A stretch of DNA of 64,000 bases from Haliotis rufescens (taxonomy: Eukaryota): NCBI RefSeq assembly GCF_023055435.1, contig NW_025964374.1, positions 1,116,001 through 1,180,000 of the forward strand. The letters are read 5' to 3'. Position 1 is the first letter of the stretch. Every line of letters begins with the position of its first letter. Position numbers and translations under genes: made by a program. The notes under the pieces are model-generated. The model made no database searches. It was given only the letters and a program-made list of their open reading frames with translations, and was not told the origin of the DNA. Shown one piece after another: positions 36,516 to 49,731 of the stretch.

Positions 36516-38975
36516 CCTTAGCATGAAGTAACGTAGGTTGTACAGAAGTCACCATCTTTAGCAATATCAGTAATCGGTCGAATCACCGATTACCCCTTCA
36601 TCGAAAGAAAAGAAAAGAACGGTGTCTGTACCATATTTTCCTATTTATCGCATCTACCAGCCCATTATTACAACATAATATGACACAATATCCCTCATGT
36701 TATCTTCACATGAATAAGAAAAATGTTAAAAATCTTGAACATTTGCGTGACACACAAGGAATTTGCCCGTGGAACTTCTTCACGCGTGGTGTCATCGCGC
36801 TTCTAAACAGCCTCCCTAACAAAGGCAATTATAAACGTTTCCATGAATCAAGGGCGAATCCCAAGACTCAAATCTCACTCGACAATGTTTCATGTCCCCT
36901 TGTAAACTTCAAGTATTCCCTCAAGAAAAAAATATCGACCATCTTGCAAATAAGGCATAGCCTTTCTTGATCCATAAGTCAAAATTAACGTTTTTTCTTT
37001 GAAAGTAAACACATGAGGTCTACACGCACGCCATAGAGACGACAAAGAGGCTACACTGCATTAGCAAGCAGCCAACTGTCAACCTGTCTATTGTGGAGTC
37101 TCACACAGCTCAAACTCCGTTATCCAAAGCCCCAGAGGGTTCTAAAGCGATATCTGACGAACAAAAAATTAGAAATTCTCTCATCAAATCTGACGTTGCT
37201 AACTAGGAAAAACTATATTTTAAAAAGTTGAAATCTGGCCTCTCGGTTGAAACTAGCGTGAGTATGTACATTGCAGAATGTCTACATTAAATATGTAAAT
37301 AAATCGTCAGCGAAATTATATGAATATTGCATGTATTTTGAAAGTGAAAAGAAATTCTACAGCTTCACAATTTTTTTGTTTTGTTAAAGTAAACATCCTT
37401 CAGTTATATTTAGTTCATTATCAATGATCTTCTTCAGTCAAAACATTTTTAGAAATGATCCACGCATAATTATTATTATCATCATCATTGTAAACAGCCT
37501 CCATATCGCTATCTACTAGTATTAATGAAATCTTGAGGGTTTATATGCTCAGCAAACATGAACACCATAAAATTAAATATTACACAATATCCACACGAAG
37601 TCATGCTGCAAAAAGTGCAGCAGTGGCGCCTTTGAGCAAATTCGTAACATCTAACAATATACAGGAGCACTTGCCGGGTCGCTGGACCACTTAAAGGCGG
37701 GTTCAGCGCCTTGCACGTATTGTCAGCTTGTCAGATCCTTCTGCCTTCAGACGGAGTCTAACAACGCCGGCTACCATATGCCTAAAATTACCAGCATACA
37801 TATTTTATGAGGTTTGAAATTTTATTGACATCTTTTTTTATCAAGAACAAAGCTTACAGATAGTGGAAAGGACGATTTGATAACGACCAACTGTCGCCAT
37901 TTTTATTATCCGATTGTCGTTCCGACATGCATGTCTTTCAAAGAAATCTACTCATGCAGTAAGATTCAATTTAATTTTCAAAAGTCATCTGTTTTATTTA
38001 ATACAATAATTCACAACGAAATACAATTCAGAGTACGTATTGAAAATGTAAAAGTTGGGAGTTCACCAAATAAAAGCTGAAATCAACTATGACCAAAGGA
38101 ATTCAATTACAAGTTGACAGTGATTATACTGAAACTTATATTTCCCCAGGCAGTGTGTTGCTTGTAATAGCAAGAAACCTAAGATGCCTTTAAAAGGCAG
38201 TTAAATAAATCCGCTAATCCCCCTTAATGTCATCTCACCGTCTTTATTATATCTTTAATAACACTGGATCAAGATATGGATTATGATAACGCTGTAGCCA
38301 CAGTTTAAAAACAGCCTCTGTCATCCACATAAAAGGTCAGCGATATTGGACTCCATGAGGAGTATACATCGTCCTCCAAGTCAAAACAAATGACGGACGG
38401 CAGGCCCTCTCGAGAAGTGACAGGGGCACCATAAGTGATAAGAGAAGGGCAGGAGTATATCGATTAGAGGTCATTAAAGCTAATATGAAAAGCGAGGGTC
38501 AGAGGGCATATCCTTGACTTAACACTCCATGGTGCGTGCTCTCTGCTGCTTCTCGCCTATTGAACGTTTTGATGAGGATTACTGAGCGCCGAGCTTAGAT
38601 ACTGATGATTGTATTGTGACCATTATGACTAGTGTCTAGGACGTCAGTGACACCGTGGGGAAACGATAGGGGGATTCCAATCCAACGTTAATCGCAACGA
38701 GAGACGGACATCCAGCCTTCTTATTATGGTGAATAGCATGTTGGGGCGATACTCATCACTTGTAGAGAGATGGGTTTATAGCTTGTTCAATGACCCTGTA
38801 GTTATCTCTCCGAAGGCCGACTGACAACATGAAAAGACTAATTTAAAGTTTTCAATGACTTCTAGGTAGACTGGCCACTTCATGGAGGAGACCTGTTATA
38901 GAGGTCGGGGTAGTCTTCTCCTTCAGATGCAGGCCGGGATGCTGCAGCTGTGGGAGAGACTGGCCGGTCACTTTG

Positions 38976-39173
38976 TAGACTAACATTTAGTCTCTGAAAT
39001 CTTATATTACACAATATCCTTCTTGACTCTAAAAATAAATTTTTTTCCCTATGCTGATTTCTGATTCTGTGGAATAGAGCTAGCTTGAGCTGGCTAGACT
39101 TGCTTTTGTATGCATTTCTAGATTATTATTTTTTCATAAAATAAATATATTCCACGGTCATGGTGCAGGACTA
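38976..39173 (-). mobile_element. AcademH-type MITE
   Basis: TAGACTAACATTTAGTCT...GCAGGACTA with perfect 9-bp TSD GTCACTTTG (38967-38975, 39174-39182). Confidence 0.87.
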
Positions 39174-39417
39174 GTCACTTTGGTGTCAGCGGAGTGGTGA
39201 TGGATGGAGCACTCTATGCTGTTTGTAAAGGGTGGGGCTACTTGCATAGTAGGCATGGGTGGGTGATTTTCGAAAGTTGTGGACGCATTCTCTATAACAG
39301 TCTTTCTGCAATAACCAACCTTCTCTTATAAACGTTTTGTCCAGGAAGATTTATAATGTAATCCTTCAGTGTAATATGGGTTCCACGCGGTAGGCATTTC
39401 TCATAGTGAGTGCAGTA

Positions 39418-39675
39418 TTTCCGTGGTTTAGTGGACAGAGCTTCCCGAAGAGCAGAAGGTGGGTGATTCGATCCCCGGCCGCGTCACACAAAAAGACATT
39501 AAAATGGTCCTTGTTACCCTGCCTGGCGTCGGCATTATGAACATAAAACAAGGACTGGTCGGCTGGGAGTATACTGTGTCTCAGTGAGGTATCCATGTTT
39601 CACTAAGGCATGATATTTTAGCTAGCTAGCACTACAAAACCGGCATCAGTCCGGATTAGTACAAGCAGTCACACT
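39418..39675 (+). mobile_element. SINE family E (tRNA head plus Meta/MESC-like core), diverged
   Basis: CAAAAAGACATTAAAATGGT...CCCTGCCTGGCGTCGGCATTA core shared with 52102-52455. Confidence 0.8.
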
Positions 39676-40954
39676 TCAAACCCCTTATCCCCACACCGTC
39701 CACAGTTCCTAGTGTGACGTCATTCCGACCTTACGTCACATTTCGGATGACTGAAACAATACCCTAGTGCGAGAGAAGTGATATTTGCACTAGCGCACAT
39801 ATTTTCTTTTTTTATGGACTAGGTTATTTCTTAACCCAGGGGTAATAATAGGTTTTATGCATTGTACCATGTGCGGTATCGAACCCGGGTCCTAGGCGCG
39901 ACGGACCAGTGCTTTAACCACTCGTCTACCAACACCCACGTTTCACAAAAGAGCCTAGTCTTATAATACGACCAGACAAGGATCAGACTGGACATGTTGT
40001 GGAGAATACACATTACTGTTCAATACATCCCACTGTGATAACAAAACGCCATTGAGAAATACCTTTCATCGTGATGGTCACCAGACATACCCCCTGATGG
40101 TGTTAACGAAGTGCAAACGTTATCAGTAAAAGTCCCATTCAACACTCACCACGTTTATAATACCTCCATCTACCATCCTCCCACCATCTCAACCACCCTT
40201 GCCACCTCACACCACGTAGCCAACCCTTGTTCTCATCAAGTTCTATCTCCAACACCTAGGAGCAGCCTCTGACTAGGGAGTTATCAACCACCACCCGCTT
40301 ATTACTCCCAGAGACCATCCCAGCTTGATATCGTCTGCTACTGTCCCAACCCTTCCCGACACCGTGAACGGTTCAAAGACGACAGCAACGGCGTTAAACG
40401 CCATCAACTGAACCGTCCCCACACCGTCGGTACACTGAGGTTGTCCGCGCCATTAAAACCTACAGTGTAATTGGCCACATCGGAGACCCTTAGCTTGAGT
40501 AACGAAGCATGCTGCATATCACTGTTGTAGGTTTATCGCGGTTGTTTGTGACAAGACCAGCAGCTCTCCAGCGACGAGGGTGGCCGCTGAAGCAGACGGC
40601 AAGCAAATACTCTCGTATCCATGTTGATACCTGGAGGTAGACAGCGCCTTCACCAAGAATATAAAAGATCTGATTAACAGAATTAGCTGTGGAGAGTCTG
40701 GTCCTTCAACGTTACGATTCACTATTGGACGTATACTGGACGCTTCTCGGGTCATACGAAACGTCAATGTGTTAGGGCTATTCACATCGATTCTCTGTTA
40801 GCTGAGGGGACAAAGTTGAAAATATGGAACACAAATTCAAGAATACAGATACTCGACTAACTGTTAAGTTGCTGTGGTGACACCAGGTGTTCGCGAAACA
40901 GTAGTGTAGCACTGGTCGTAAGTGAAAGTCAAGGTCAAAATACGCGTCTGTACG

Positions 40955-41121
40955 GTAGCGGTGGGGTAGCTCGCCAAGTGGTTAAAGCGTTCGCTCGTCA
41001 CACTGAAGACCCGGGGTCGATTTCCCACATGGGTACATTGTGTGAAGCTCATTTCTGGTGTCCCCCGCCGGATACTGCTGGAATATTGCTAAAAGCGGCG
41101 TAAAACATTACTCACTCACTC
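40955..41121 (+). mobile_element. SINE family A, diverged
   Basis: Head, body and (ACTC)n tail present. Confidence 0.88.
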
Positions 41122-41477
41122 GGATATTTTTATTTCAGCGACTGCATGAGCAGCTGATGTTGATGCTACGCTATCAAATATCACGTGCTGACTACTGGAC
41201 ATTATACACACTCAATCGTCATATGAATCCAACAGGCAACATAAATTATGAATAATATAGCCAGCCCGCCCCCTTAACCTACCTTACATTCATTCATTGG
41301 TGATTTCAGAAAGAAATGTGTCAAAAGGTCCCAAATTTAATGCGTAAATACCTCCCTGCTTACTTTTCATGTAGAACCAAACAAGGGGGCATTAAACATG
41401 GTATATATGCTGCCTTGTATGACAAGAAGGATGTGTAGTGGATCAGGGCATAGCTAGGAAACCTTCTTGACAATCTA

Positions 41478-41736
41478 CGCCGCGATTCGCTGTGCAGAGT
41501 TGCGTCCCTTGGGCACGCCAGAAATCTATGATTGTGGGTTCGAATCCCGGTTCACCCCGATTATGTTTCTAGGTTTGTCAGCACCATACCCGTGCTCGTG
41601 GGTTTCACCGAAGTGGTAAACGTCTGAGACCTGCATCACTTCGGGCTTTCCTCTCACATTAAGCTGACACGCCGTGATATAACTGGAATACTGTTAAAAG
41701 CGGCGTAAAACCCAACTCACTCACTCACTCACTCAC
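41478..41736 (+). mobile_element. SINE family C, 5'-truncated
   Basis: 13-bp TSD TCTTGACAATCTA (41465-41477, 41737-41749). Confidence 0.93.
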
Positions 41737-42557
41737 TCTTGACAATCTATGTAAGAAACCCGTTGGTAACCAGGCAAAGCCACGCCTAACTACACAGAAT
41801 CTTAGTTTAATGTGTTATGACAAGATTCACATGACAGTGAGGGTTGTATTGACGCCCTTACCAACGATCGATAATAACATTCACATATATTCATCAAAGC
41901 TGTTTTATCAGGACTTTCGACAGCGGTCCATTTTGAAGGTAAATTACCCAGACACCTTTCTTTCCACGTGAGGACCCTTGAAGGATATCTTTTGGGTGTA
42001 TACAAAATACGTGCACTCTCTTATCTCGAAACGGACGTTTAGCTGTAGACATGATACTGCCATGACGTTTTTGACTGGACTCGATACTCAGACGGAGGTT
42101 CCACCCTTGTCTAGTTCCACCCTTGATAGCAGCGAACAGCCTGCATCAGCCAGCGAGGAAAGATGGTCTCCAGCCTTCAATACCCTGACCAGCCTTCTGA
42201 CACTAACGCCAATAAAACACGTCTTCTCCAAACACAGGTGGTCATCCACTTTCCGACCAGCTGCCCAGAACATGAGATGAGCCATTGTGTGCATTTAGCT
42301 CTGAATGTCAGACCTCGAGTGTCTGTTGTAACCCTGAAAGGCCCTCGGACACCTCTGGGCTCGCCATTGTAACTCGGAGCTTTGGCACGAGCAGATGATA
42401 AAGACTGTATCAACTTTCTGATGGAGGAGGATCAACGTCCCACTACATACTGCACTCAGGGAAGGTGGGTCGGGAACACTAGGAGCGGTGTGATGTATGG
42501 CTAAAGATGTGAACCGCTTTAGTCCGAACCCAATAAATCCATACACCTGTTGTTCCG

Positions 42558-43200
42558 GACAATTGCATTAGACACGGGCGCACGACCGTAGGACTGGGAA
42601 TGATATTTACTTGTTCAAAGTGATAGTAGAGCGGTTACCATCTGGACTCTTAACTGCATCATACATTTACGAGGGTCGTAATGCCAAGAACGCTCTTTGT
42701 ACGTGGACCTAGCTCTTCAAGGGACAGTAGGTTTGTTTGTTTGTTGTTTAACGCCGCAATCAGCAATATTCCAGCTATATGACGGCCGTCTGTGAAAAAA
42801 AGAGTCAATCCAGTGATTGATATCATGAGCATCGATCTACGCATCAAGAGGCAGTAGGGGAGCCCAGTGGTTGGAGTGACAATTGCATTAGACACGGGCG
42901 CATGCCCGTAGCAGGACTGGGAATGATATTTCCTTGTTCAAAGTGATAGTAGAGCGGTTACCATCTGGACTCTTACTGCAACATACATTTACGAGGGTCG
43001 TAATGCTAAGATCGCTCTTTGTACGTGGACCAAGAACTCCAAGGGACAGTAGGTTTGTTTGCTTGTTGTTTAACGCCGCACTCAGCTATATTCCAGCTAT
43101 ATGACGGCCGTCTGTGAAAAAAAGAGTCAATCCAGTGATTGATATCATGAGCATCGATCTACGCATCAAGAGGCAGTAGGGAAGCCCAGGGGTTGGAGTG
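42558..43200. repeat. Tandem duplication of about 320 bp, each unit holding a family B fragment
   Basis: Units start at 42558 and 42878 (GACAATTGCATTAGACACGGGCG) and are highly similar. Confidence 0.93.
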
Positions 43201-43609
43201 ATGTCCCTTGGTTTTATTCTTCATATAGGTGGCGTTTTAACCAAGTCACTAACACAATCTTCAGTTATACACTGAATCCCACCAATCCTGACTTGGGTTA
43301 GAATAGGCCCCCGGCACGCTGCTGTCTGTCGTAAGAGGCGACTAATTTGACTGGGTGATCCGGCCTGGTGACTTGATTGCGTGCCATCGTTCCTGAAGAC
43401 GAGGGGCGTTGCGCGTATAAACGAAATTAACCATCTGGCCCACACTCGATTATACACTGAATGTCGTAATGTAGCCGAATCATTGCCGACTGCCGCGTAA
43501 AACAACAATAAGACATGACAAACCTACTATTAGATACTAACAAAAAGAAAAGATAAACCTACTATTCCATATATAAATCATCTTTAAAGAAGGGTGGTCA
43601 ACTTTGTCG

Positions 43610-43930
43610 GTCTCGATGAATTGGCTGATTCGTATTTCAGTTGTGTGGATCGATGCTCATGATGTCAATCACTGCATGTTTGGTCCGGACTCGATTACTT
43701 ACAAGCCGCCGTCATATAGATGGGTTAGGGCGGTCGGGTGGCCTAGTGGATAAAGCGTTCGCTCGTCACGCCGAAGACCAGGGTTCGATTCCCGACATGG
43801 GTACAATGTGCGAAGCCCATTTCTGGTTTCCCCCGCCGTGCTATTGCTGGAATACTGCTAAAAGCGGAGTAAAACCATACTCGCTAACTCACTATAGCTG
43901 GGATATTGTACGGCATTACAAAAATACAAC
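43610..43930 (+). mobile_element. Family A SINE (43728-43892) nested in a family B fragment
   Basis: The B sequence resumes after A. Imperfect TSD TATAGATGGGTTA/TATAGCTGGGATA. Confidence 0.82.
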
Positions 43931-44007
43931 ATAGATACAAATATGATTTCAAATATACCCGAGTACCTTACATTAAACGTTACACAAGGGATGAACCATC
44001 ATCTTTT

Positions 44008-44260
44008 ACAAAGATCCGCGGTAGAATAGGTCTTCAGCAACTCATGCTTGCCTAAAAGGCGACTATGCTTGTCGTAAGAGGCAACTAACGGGATCGAGTG
44101 GTCAGGCTCGCTGACTTGGTTGATGCATGTCATCGTATCGTCATCAAGTGTGTGGATCGATGCTCATGATGTCAATCACTGGAAGTCTGGTTCGGACTCG
44201 GTTATTTACAGACCGATGTCATATAGCTGGCGTTAAACATCAAACAAACAGACCAAACAA
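44008..44260 (+). mobile_element. SINE family B (duplicated-motif subfamily)
   Basis: AAGATCCGCGGTAGAATAGGTCTTC head with two ATGCTTG..AGGC(G/A)ACT units. Confidence 0.87.
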
Positions 44261-44899
44261 AGGGTTTGGGTTAGTAGAAGTTGCAGTCTAGGGTTGCACA
44301 TTGAGTACCGACGCTGCGAACACCATCTTATTAAAGAACATATTTGTACATACCTCATCTCATGTTAATCTCATTTATCTCAATTAAATGTCAGAATAGA
44401 AACATATTAACTGAAGCCACGTCCAGGAGATCGCCTATACTTCATACATGAAGGCCACAGTCGCCCATGTAAACGACATCCACGTTCGTAACTCTTTCAA
44501 ATTATGGCTGTTGCCAATGGTCAGTAAGGTCATGCGGGTATTGAGAGGACAAGGGAAGTTCAGGGGGGTCAGAGATGGATGGCGTAACTGTAATTGGCGA
44601 TGCTCCACCCCCTCCCTGTTGTAACATCCTGGCCGGGAATATAACCAGACAGGCCTCACTCAGGCCGTGTACAGTTAATCACGGCGTGAAATAGACGGCA
44701 GTGACATTTGGAGAATACAGTTTAGGAGTTGCTGACCAATAAATTTTACTGGCCTGGGCTACAATTAGTTTAATTATTATTTAATTGGCGACAAGGTCAT
44801 TTATCTATTTAACAAAGTTATAAATTTTACTTTCCCGAGATTTATTTTAATATAGTGAACTATAACCTTGTTGTATATGTCGTGTGGTGCCTTAGAGGA

Positions 44900-45098
44900 T
44901 AGCCTTGCTCCATGGCTGTACTGAAAGATAAGTCCATGGATGTGTCGTAACTCTTTCCTCCTAATAGGCAAGTCTAGATATGTGGACAGTACAGGGACTC
45001 CAGTCTCTTGTGGGGACAACTTGTTCTTATTATTTACATAACCTAGAACTTATGATTTTAAACTTATGATTATTGCTTTAGAAGCTTGTGCGAGTCTG
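44900..45098 (-). mobile_element. AcademH-type MITE, subfamily G
   Basis: Reverse complement of 49169-49362. Flanks CTTAGAGGA / ACTTGAGGA. Confidence 0.78.
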
Positions 45099-45109
45099 AC
45101 TTGAGGATA

Positions 45110-45530
45110 CCGTAGAGTGTTCTAGTGATAATACTTGATGACACCGTAGTGTCCTAGTGATAATACTTGATGACACCGTAGAGTGTTCTAGTGATAATAC
45201 TTGATGACACCGTAGAGTGTTCTAGTGATAATACTTGATGACACCGTAGAGTGTTCTAGTGATAATACTTGATGACACCGTAGAGTGTTCTAGTGATAAT
45301 ACTTGATGACACCGTAGAGTATTATAGTGATAATACTTGACGACACCGTAGAGTGTTCTAGTGATAATACTTGATGACACCGTAGAGTGTTCTAGTGATA
45401 ATACTTGATGACACCGTAGAATGTTCTAGTGATAATACTTGATGACACCGTAGAGTGTTCTAGTGACAATACTTGATGACACTGTAGAAGGTTCTACTGA
45501 TAATACCTGATGACATCGTTAGGTGTTCTA
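45110..45530. repeat. 34-bp minisatellite, about 12 copies
   Basis: Unit CGTAGAGTGTTCTAGTGATAATACTTGATGACAC, head-to-tail with no spacers. Confidence 0.97.
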
Positions 45531-48130
45531 ATGGTATCCTAGCATGTGAACAGAGAGTGTCTTCTAGTGTTGTTATTCGATGGTACGTAAATGTCTGCTA
45601 GTGCAGGAAGGCACACGCTGTCAACGTCACCCTAACTGTAACCCTGTAAAAGACCTACAGTGTTATTTCTTTGAGAACACAGCACATCGCGGCCTTTGGG
45701 AGGAAGAATTAGGGCGCTTCGTGTTTCAGGACGAGTCGGGTTCCTCCGATACAGCTGATTGTAAACTTCAGTCTCCGATGACAAAGCCTAGTTGATGTAA
45801 GGGCATAATTTTAAAATGATCCTTTTGTCGGAAGCAATATTTATTTCAAGATTCCCTTCTAATGCGTGTGTTATCGATTGTTGCGGGACGAAGAAGCGGA
45901 GGCTCAGCCACTGCAACATATAAACTTTCAGCCATTTAGGATCAGGTTCGTACCTTTGTTTGTGTTGGCGCGTTGGCTAGAATAAAGAATTCCATCATTT
46001 AAAGAAACGCCTTTAGTTTCGACTTGTAGAAGACGGGGGGTCATTTAGGTGTAGACTCGTCGTGTAGATATCATCACATCTTGTGTTAGCTTAGAACCGC
46101 AGACTCAGAACCTTGCTGGGAGCTCACGGTCGTCATAAACATCCTAGTTCCTGCTGAATTGGCGGCGTCAAACGCGCATTGGCGGCTAGTGTTTGATAGG
46201 GTATTTTCCGATTTTCCAAAGCTTTACATAAACATTTCGATAGATACTATCACTCAGATGTGCGTGTAGTGATCGTTAGGGTAGAACGTGACTCTCTGTG
46301 TGTTCGTGGCAGGTTTGCAGAGCTGCTGTGATAACGTCAACGTTACCATCGTCGACGTGAACATCGCCATCTTGATTAGCTATATAATGTCCGTCATAAA
46401 CTAGTGCATTATCACTTCAAACGTCAGTAACACCAGTGCCCCCATGAAGACAAAAAACACAAAAAGCGAAAGCCGAAAAGCACTTCAGGCCTGACCATCC
46501 TCAATGACCTCATTCAAGACAACTGCTGGTAAAGGAAGGCATCGACCGATACCAAAAGGCTGGAGGACCAAAAGTAACATGTGATCTAAATACGTCACAG
46601 TGGATTTCGCCATGTCGATGTGAATACAACTGAATATTACTCCGTACTAATGATTCCTTAATCTAGTGTTAATTCGCAAGAAATATTGCCCCCATATTAA
46701 AAGGGCTTCGATGTATATATCGGAGGTTATAAACCTGTGAACCGAAACACAGCACGTTATAAACGTGACTGCAAGTGGCCCTTGTCGACTACATTTCCTT
46801 AATGGCTCTATATAAAGTAATGGACCAACTAAAACAGCCTTGTGAAAATGTGCTTACTGTTTATAATATACGAGTGTTCTCAATAACAATAAACCCGTAT
46901 CACGTGTCTCCAATAATAAACCCCATTCATCAAACCCTCCCCGACTAACGTGTTATAACCGTCCACAAACATCTTCAGTAAGCAACAGTACAATCGCCTG
47001 TTTATTTTGCTAAGAAGGAACCTGGTCAGATGTTGACGCTTCTGACTGGAGGTCCTACGGTACACGACCTACAGACAGATACGTATGATCAAATTCATAT
47101 TCTGTGTACACGGGACTCGGTGTGTCGGGCTTGGCAAGCGCCCGTCGCCGATACTTCGCATAACGGATGAGTTGGGTGGCGATGGGCACTGATAATGCTG
47201 GAGCAATGAATAGAGGGGGTCTCAGCAATGTTTATCGTCTCCTTGTCTGACCGCCGTGTTGTGGTCATTGCTAAGCTGATTATGGATAGTTTGACTTGGC
47301 GAAAGTGTGCGTCTCAGAATAGGATAGGCTCACATTTCGTCTTGCATTGCGAACTCTGGTCAACATTGCATGTTCTCTATCCCAGATAAACATTCTTTTA
47401 TTCGCGAACTGCTTGTAAACTGAAGCCATTTCCGGCAGTCGGCTATTAGAAAACAAAGCCTGGAGATTTCACATAGATAACATCATTCACAGTTTGCCAT
47501 GACATTCAAGCAACTGTTCGCTCACTACAGCTGAGAGAATGGTTCAAATGAATCGCTTCTTCATAACCCAAGGCTCCTAATGTGTTTTAAAACGCGTTCT
47601 TCCTGTGCGCAACAGAATGATGAATTATGTTATGGTAAGCATTGCTCTTTCAAAGAAAAACCTGAAAACGTATTGGCTTTGATAAATATTATCGAACTTT
47701 GTTAAAGTAAATATTGACCTGATAAGATTTGATTTTTTTTTAACCTTACTGGGAAATTGTTACCTGTGCTTTCACTACACACCAACACTTCAAGATCATG
47801 CTATATCAATGACACAACAAATCATGCTTGTCTAATCGGCTAAACATGACCTATTCATTATCTAGGCATTGGTCCGTGGCAATGGACACTGGGTTCCTCT
47901 CTGGAATGCGCAAACGGTAGAGGCGAACAGAAGCTGTCAAATGATGTTTTAACCTGAGGCAGACCTACCGACCCAGTGACAGGTAACCAAACGCCCTCTG
48001 GGGGAGACGTTTCACGGGCCACGTCCCCCCGGGGTGTTGACTGATAGACTTTCTACCCGATAACCCGACCCCCCGGGCTAATAGGTACTAGGTTACCAAT
48101 GATAACCGCCAAGTGTTGTGACCACTGATT

Positions 48131-48140
48131 TGATTGACAG
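48131..48140 (+). promoter_or_regulatory. PBX-MEIS/PREP decamer
   Basis: Exact TGATTGACAG, preceded by a second TGATT. Motif match only. Confidence 0.3.
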
Positions 48141-49168
48141 GTATATAAAAATTGTATACACATGTTATTGGCAGCTAAGGTTGGCCTTGACCGTGTAATA
48201 ATATTTTCTCTGAATTTATATCATCATGTGAATAAGAGGAGTGTTTGGTTCAACGTGCTCCGGCAATTGTTAAGCATGCGGTTGCAAAAAATATATGGAC
48301 TAACTTGGCAGTAGAAAGTGGAGAATAGACACAATTGTGGTGACAATCATATGAATGTATCACTGAAAATCAGTGATAACACCTGGCGTTAATCAATGGT
48401 TTATCAGTAGTTTCACACAGACTGAAAATTCCCTCCATCGGCTGCAGGTACAGGGCACTACAGTTTCAGGAGACCAGCCTTCGAAATTCACGCTTGTCCA
48501 CTAGCCCGAGACAACCAAATTGTGCTGAGGGCAAGTCAAAACCCAATGATGGTCCTTATTGACTTGTAATACATGAGGGTTATAATTTGCCCAAAATTTG
48601 AACTGAATAAAACAGAGAGAAAATCAAGCAGCACTAGCTACAAACTCTGACGACGAGTGAAATAACGTGTACACTAGTCCTTAGGACTAGTCTTCTCGAA
48701 AACGAGTTTCTAAAGCTGTTCACGCGGTCCGCCTCGTGTACTCCAGCTATGATACTTCGTCTTCAGGATAAATATCAATTTTCAGGTAGAACTGTGAGTC
48801 ATGATTTACTTAGGGATTTACTGCATTGACCTGATCGAGGAGCCTGAGTCATATCCGCTAATAATGTCAACAAGCAACTCGGAGACAGATCTCGGTAACT
48901 CTCACACAGTCTCTTAAACTACATTACATCATGGGGGTTCTAATATTCTTAGGAAGACATGTGAGATTTATGACTGTAATGTCGTTGTCGGATACTCTAC
49001 TCGTGTTGTTATGCAAGTTGAAAAGTATGTGTCTGTGTGCGTATGCTGTATTTATTTCGAGGTGGACAGATGCGGATGGGGGATGTTGTTGGTCTTACTG
49101 GAGGTGTTTCGGGCGATTGGTGTAGCCTAGTGTTCGGGCCACCCCAAAGACGGCAATGGATGAAATCC

Positions 49169-49362
49169 TAGACTTGCACAAGTCTCTAAGGCATAATTTA
49201 TCATTGCAAATCATTATTTCTAGATAATGTAAATAATAAGAACAGGTTGTATAAGAGACTGGGGTTCTTGTACTGTCCACATATCTAGACTTGCCCTGTA
49301 GGAGGATAGAATTACTACACAGCCATAGGCTTTTCTTTCAGTACAGCCTTGGAACAAGGCTA
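49169..49362 (+). mobile_element. AcademH-type MITE, subfamily G
   Basis: TAGACTTGCACAAGTCT...AGCCTTGGAACAAGGCTA with 9-bp TSD ATGAAATCC/ATGGAATCC. Confidence 0.85.
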
Positions 49363-49398
49363 ATGGAATCCCAGCAATGCACAATGCATAGATGTTTA

Positions 49399-49601
49399 AA
49401 GTCTGTCTCACAGTCCCGAAACCATATTATTTTCCCTTCCACCTAGCCCTTAATGATATGCTATTGCTCCATACGAAGCAAGTCTAGATTTTCCACAGGT
49501 TCAGGTTCTGAATCTCCCATCTCACTGGGATCCTTTTCAATTTATATGGAGTTGTTTGTTTCTATTAAATTAATTATTTTCAGAGACTAAGTGTTAGTCT
49601 G
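49399..49601 (+). mobile_element. AcademH-type MITE, diverged
   Basis: Internal GCAAGTCTAGA and right end AGAGACTAAGTGTTAGTCTG. TSD poor. Confidence 0.65.
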
Positions 49602-49731
49602 ATATGCCAACATTGATGTTCCTATGTTTTGTTGAAATATTGCTCAAAGCGCCGTAAAACCTCAATCACTACAAGTGTTTAAGTGTGGGTGATTTTGCGC
49701 GAGTTCCTTTGGTGGAGAGGATGGGGTGTTC

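Noticed and set aside
41978-42546. Cluster of short overlapping ORFs in a GC-richer patch
   Set aside because: No recognisable domain or consistent exon boundaries. It could be a decayed transposon, but this cannot be supported without BLASTX.
45110-45530. CRISPR-like regular 34-bp repeats (also the 40-bp array at 54108-54600)
   Set aside because: Units are directly head-to-tail with no unique spacers, there are no cas genes, and the context is a eukaryotic intron.
48673-48691. 19-bp palindrome ACTAGTCCTTAGGACTAGT
   Set aside because: Isolated and short, with no associated termini or other support.
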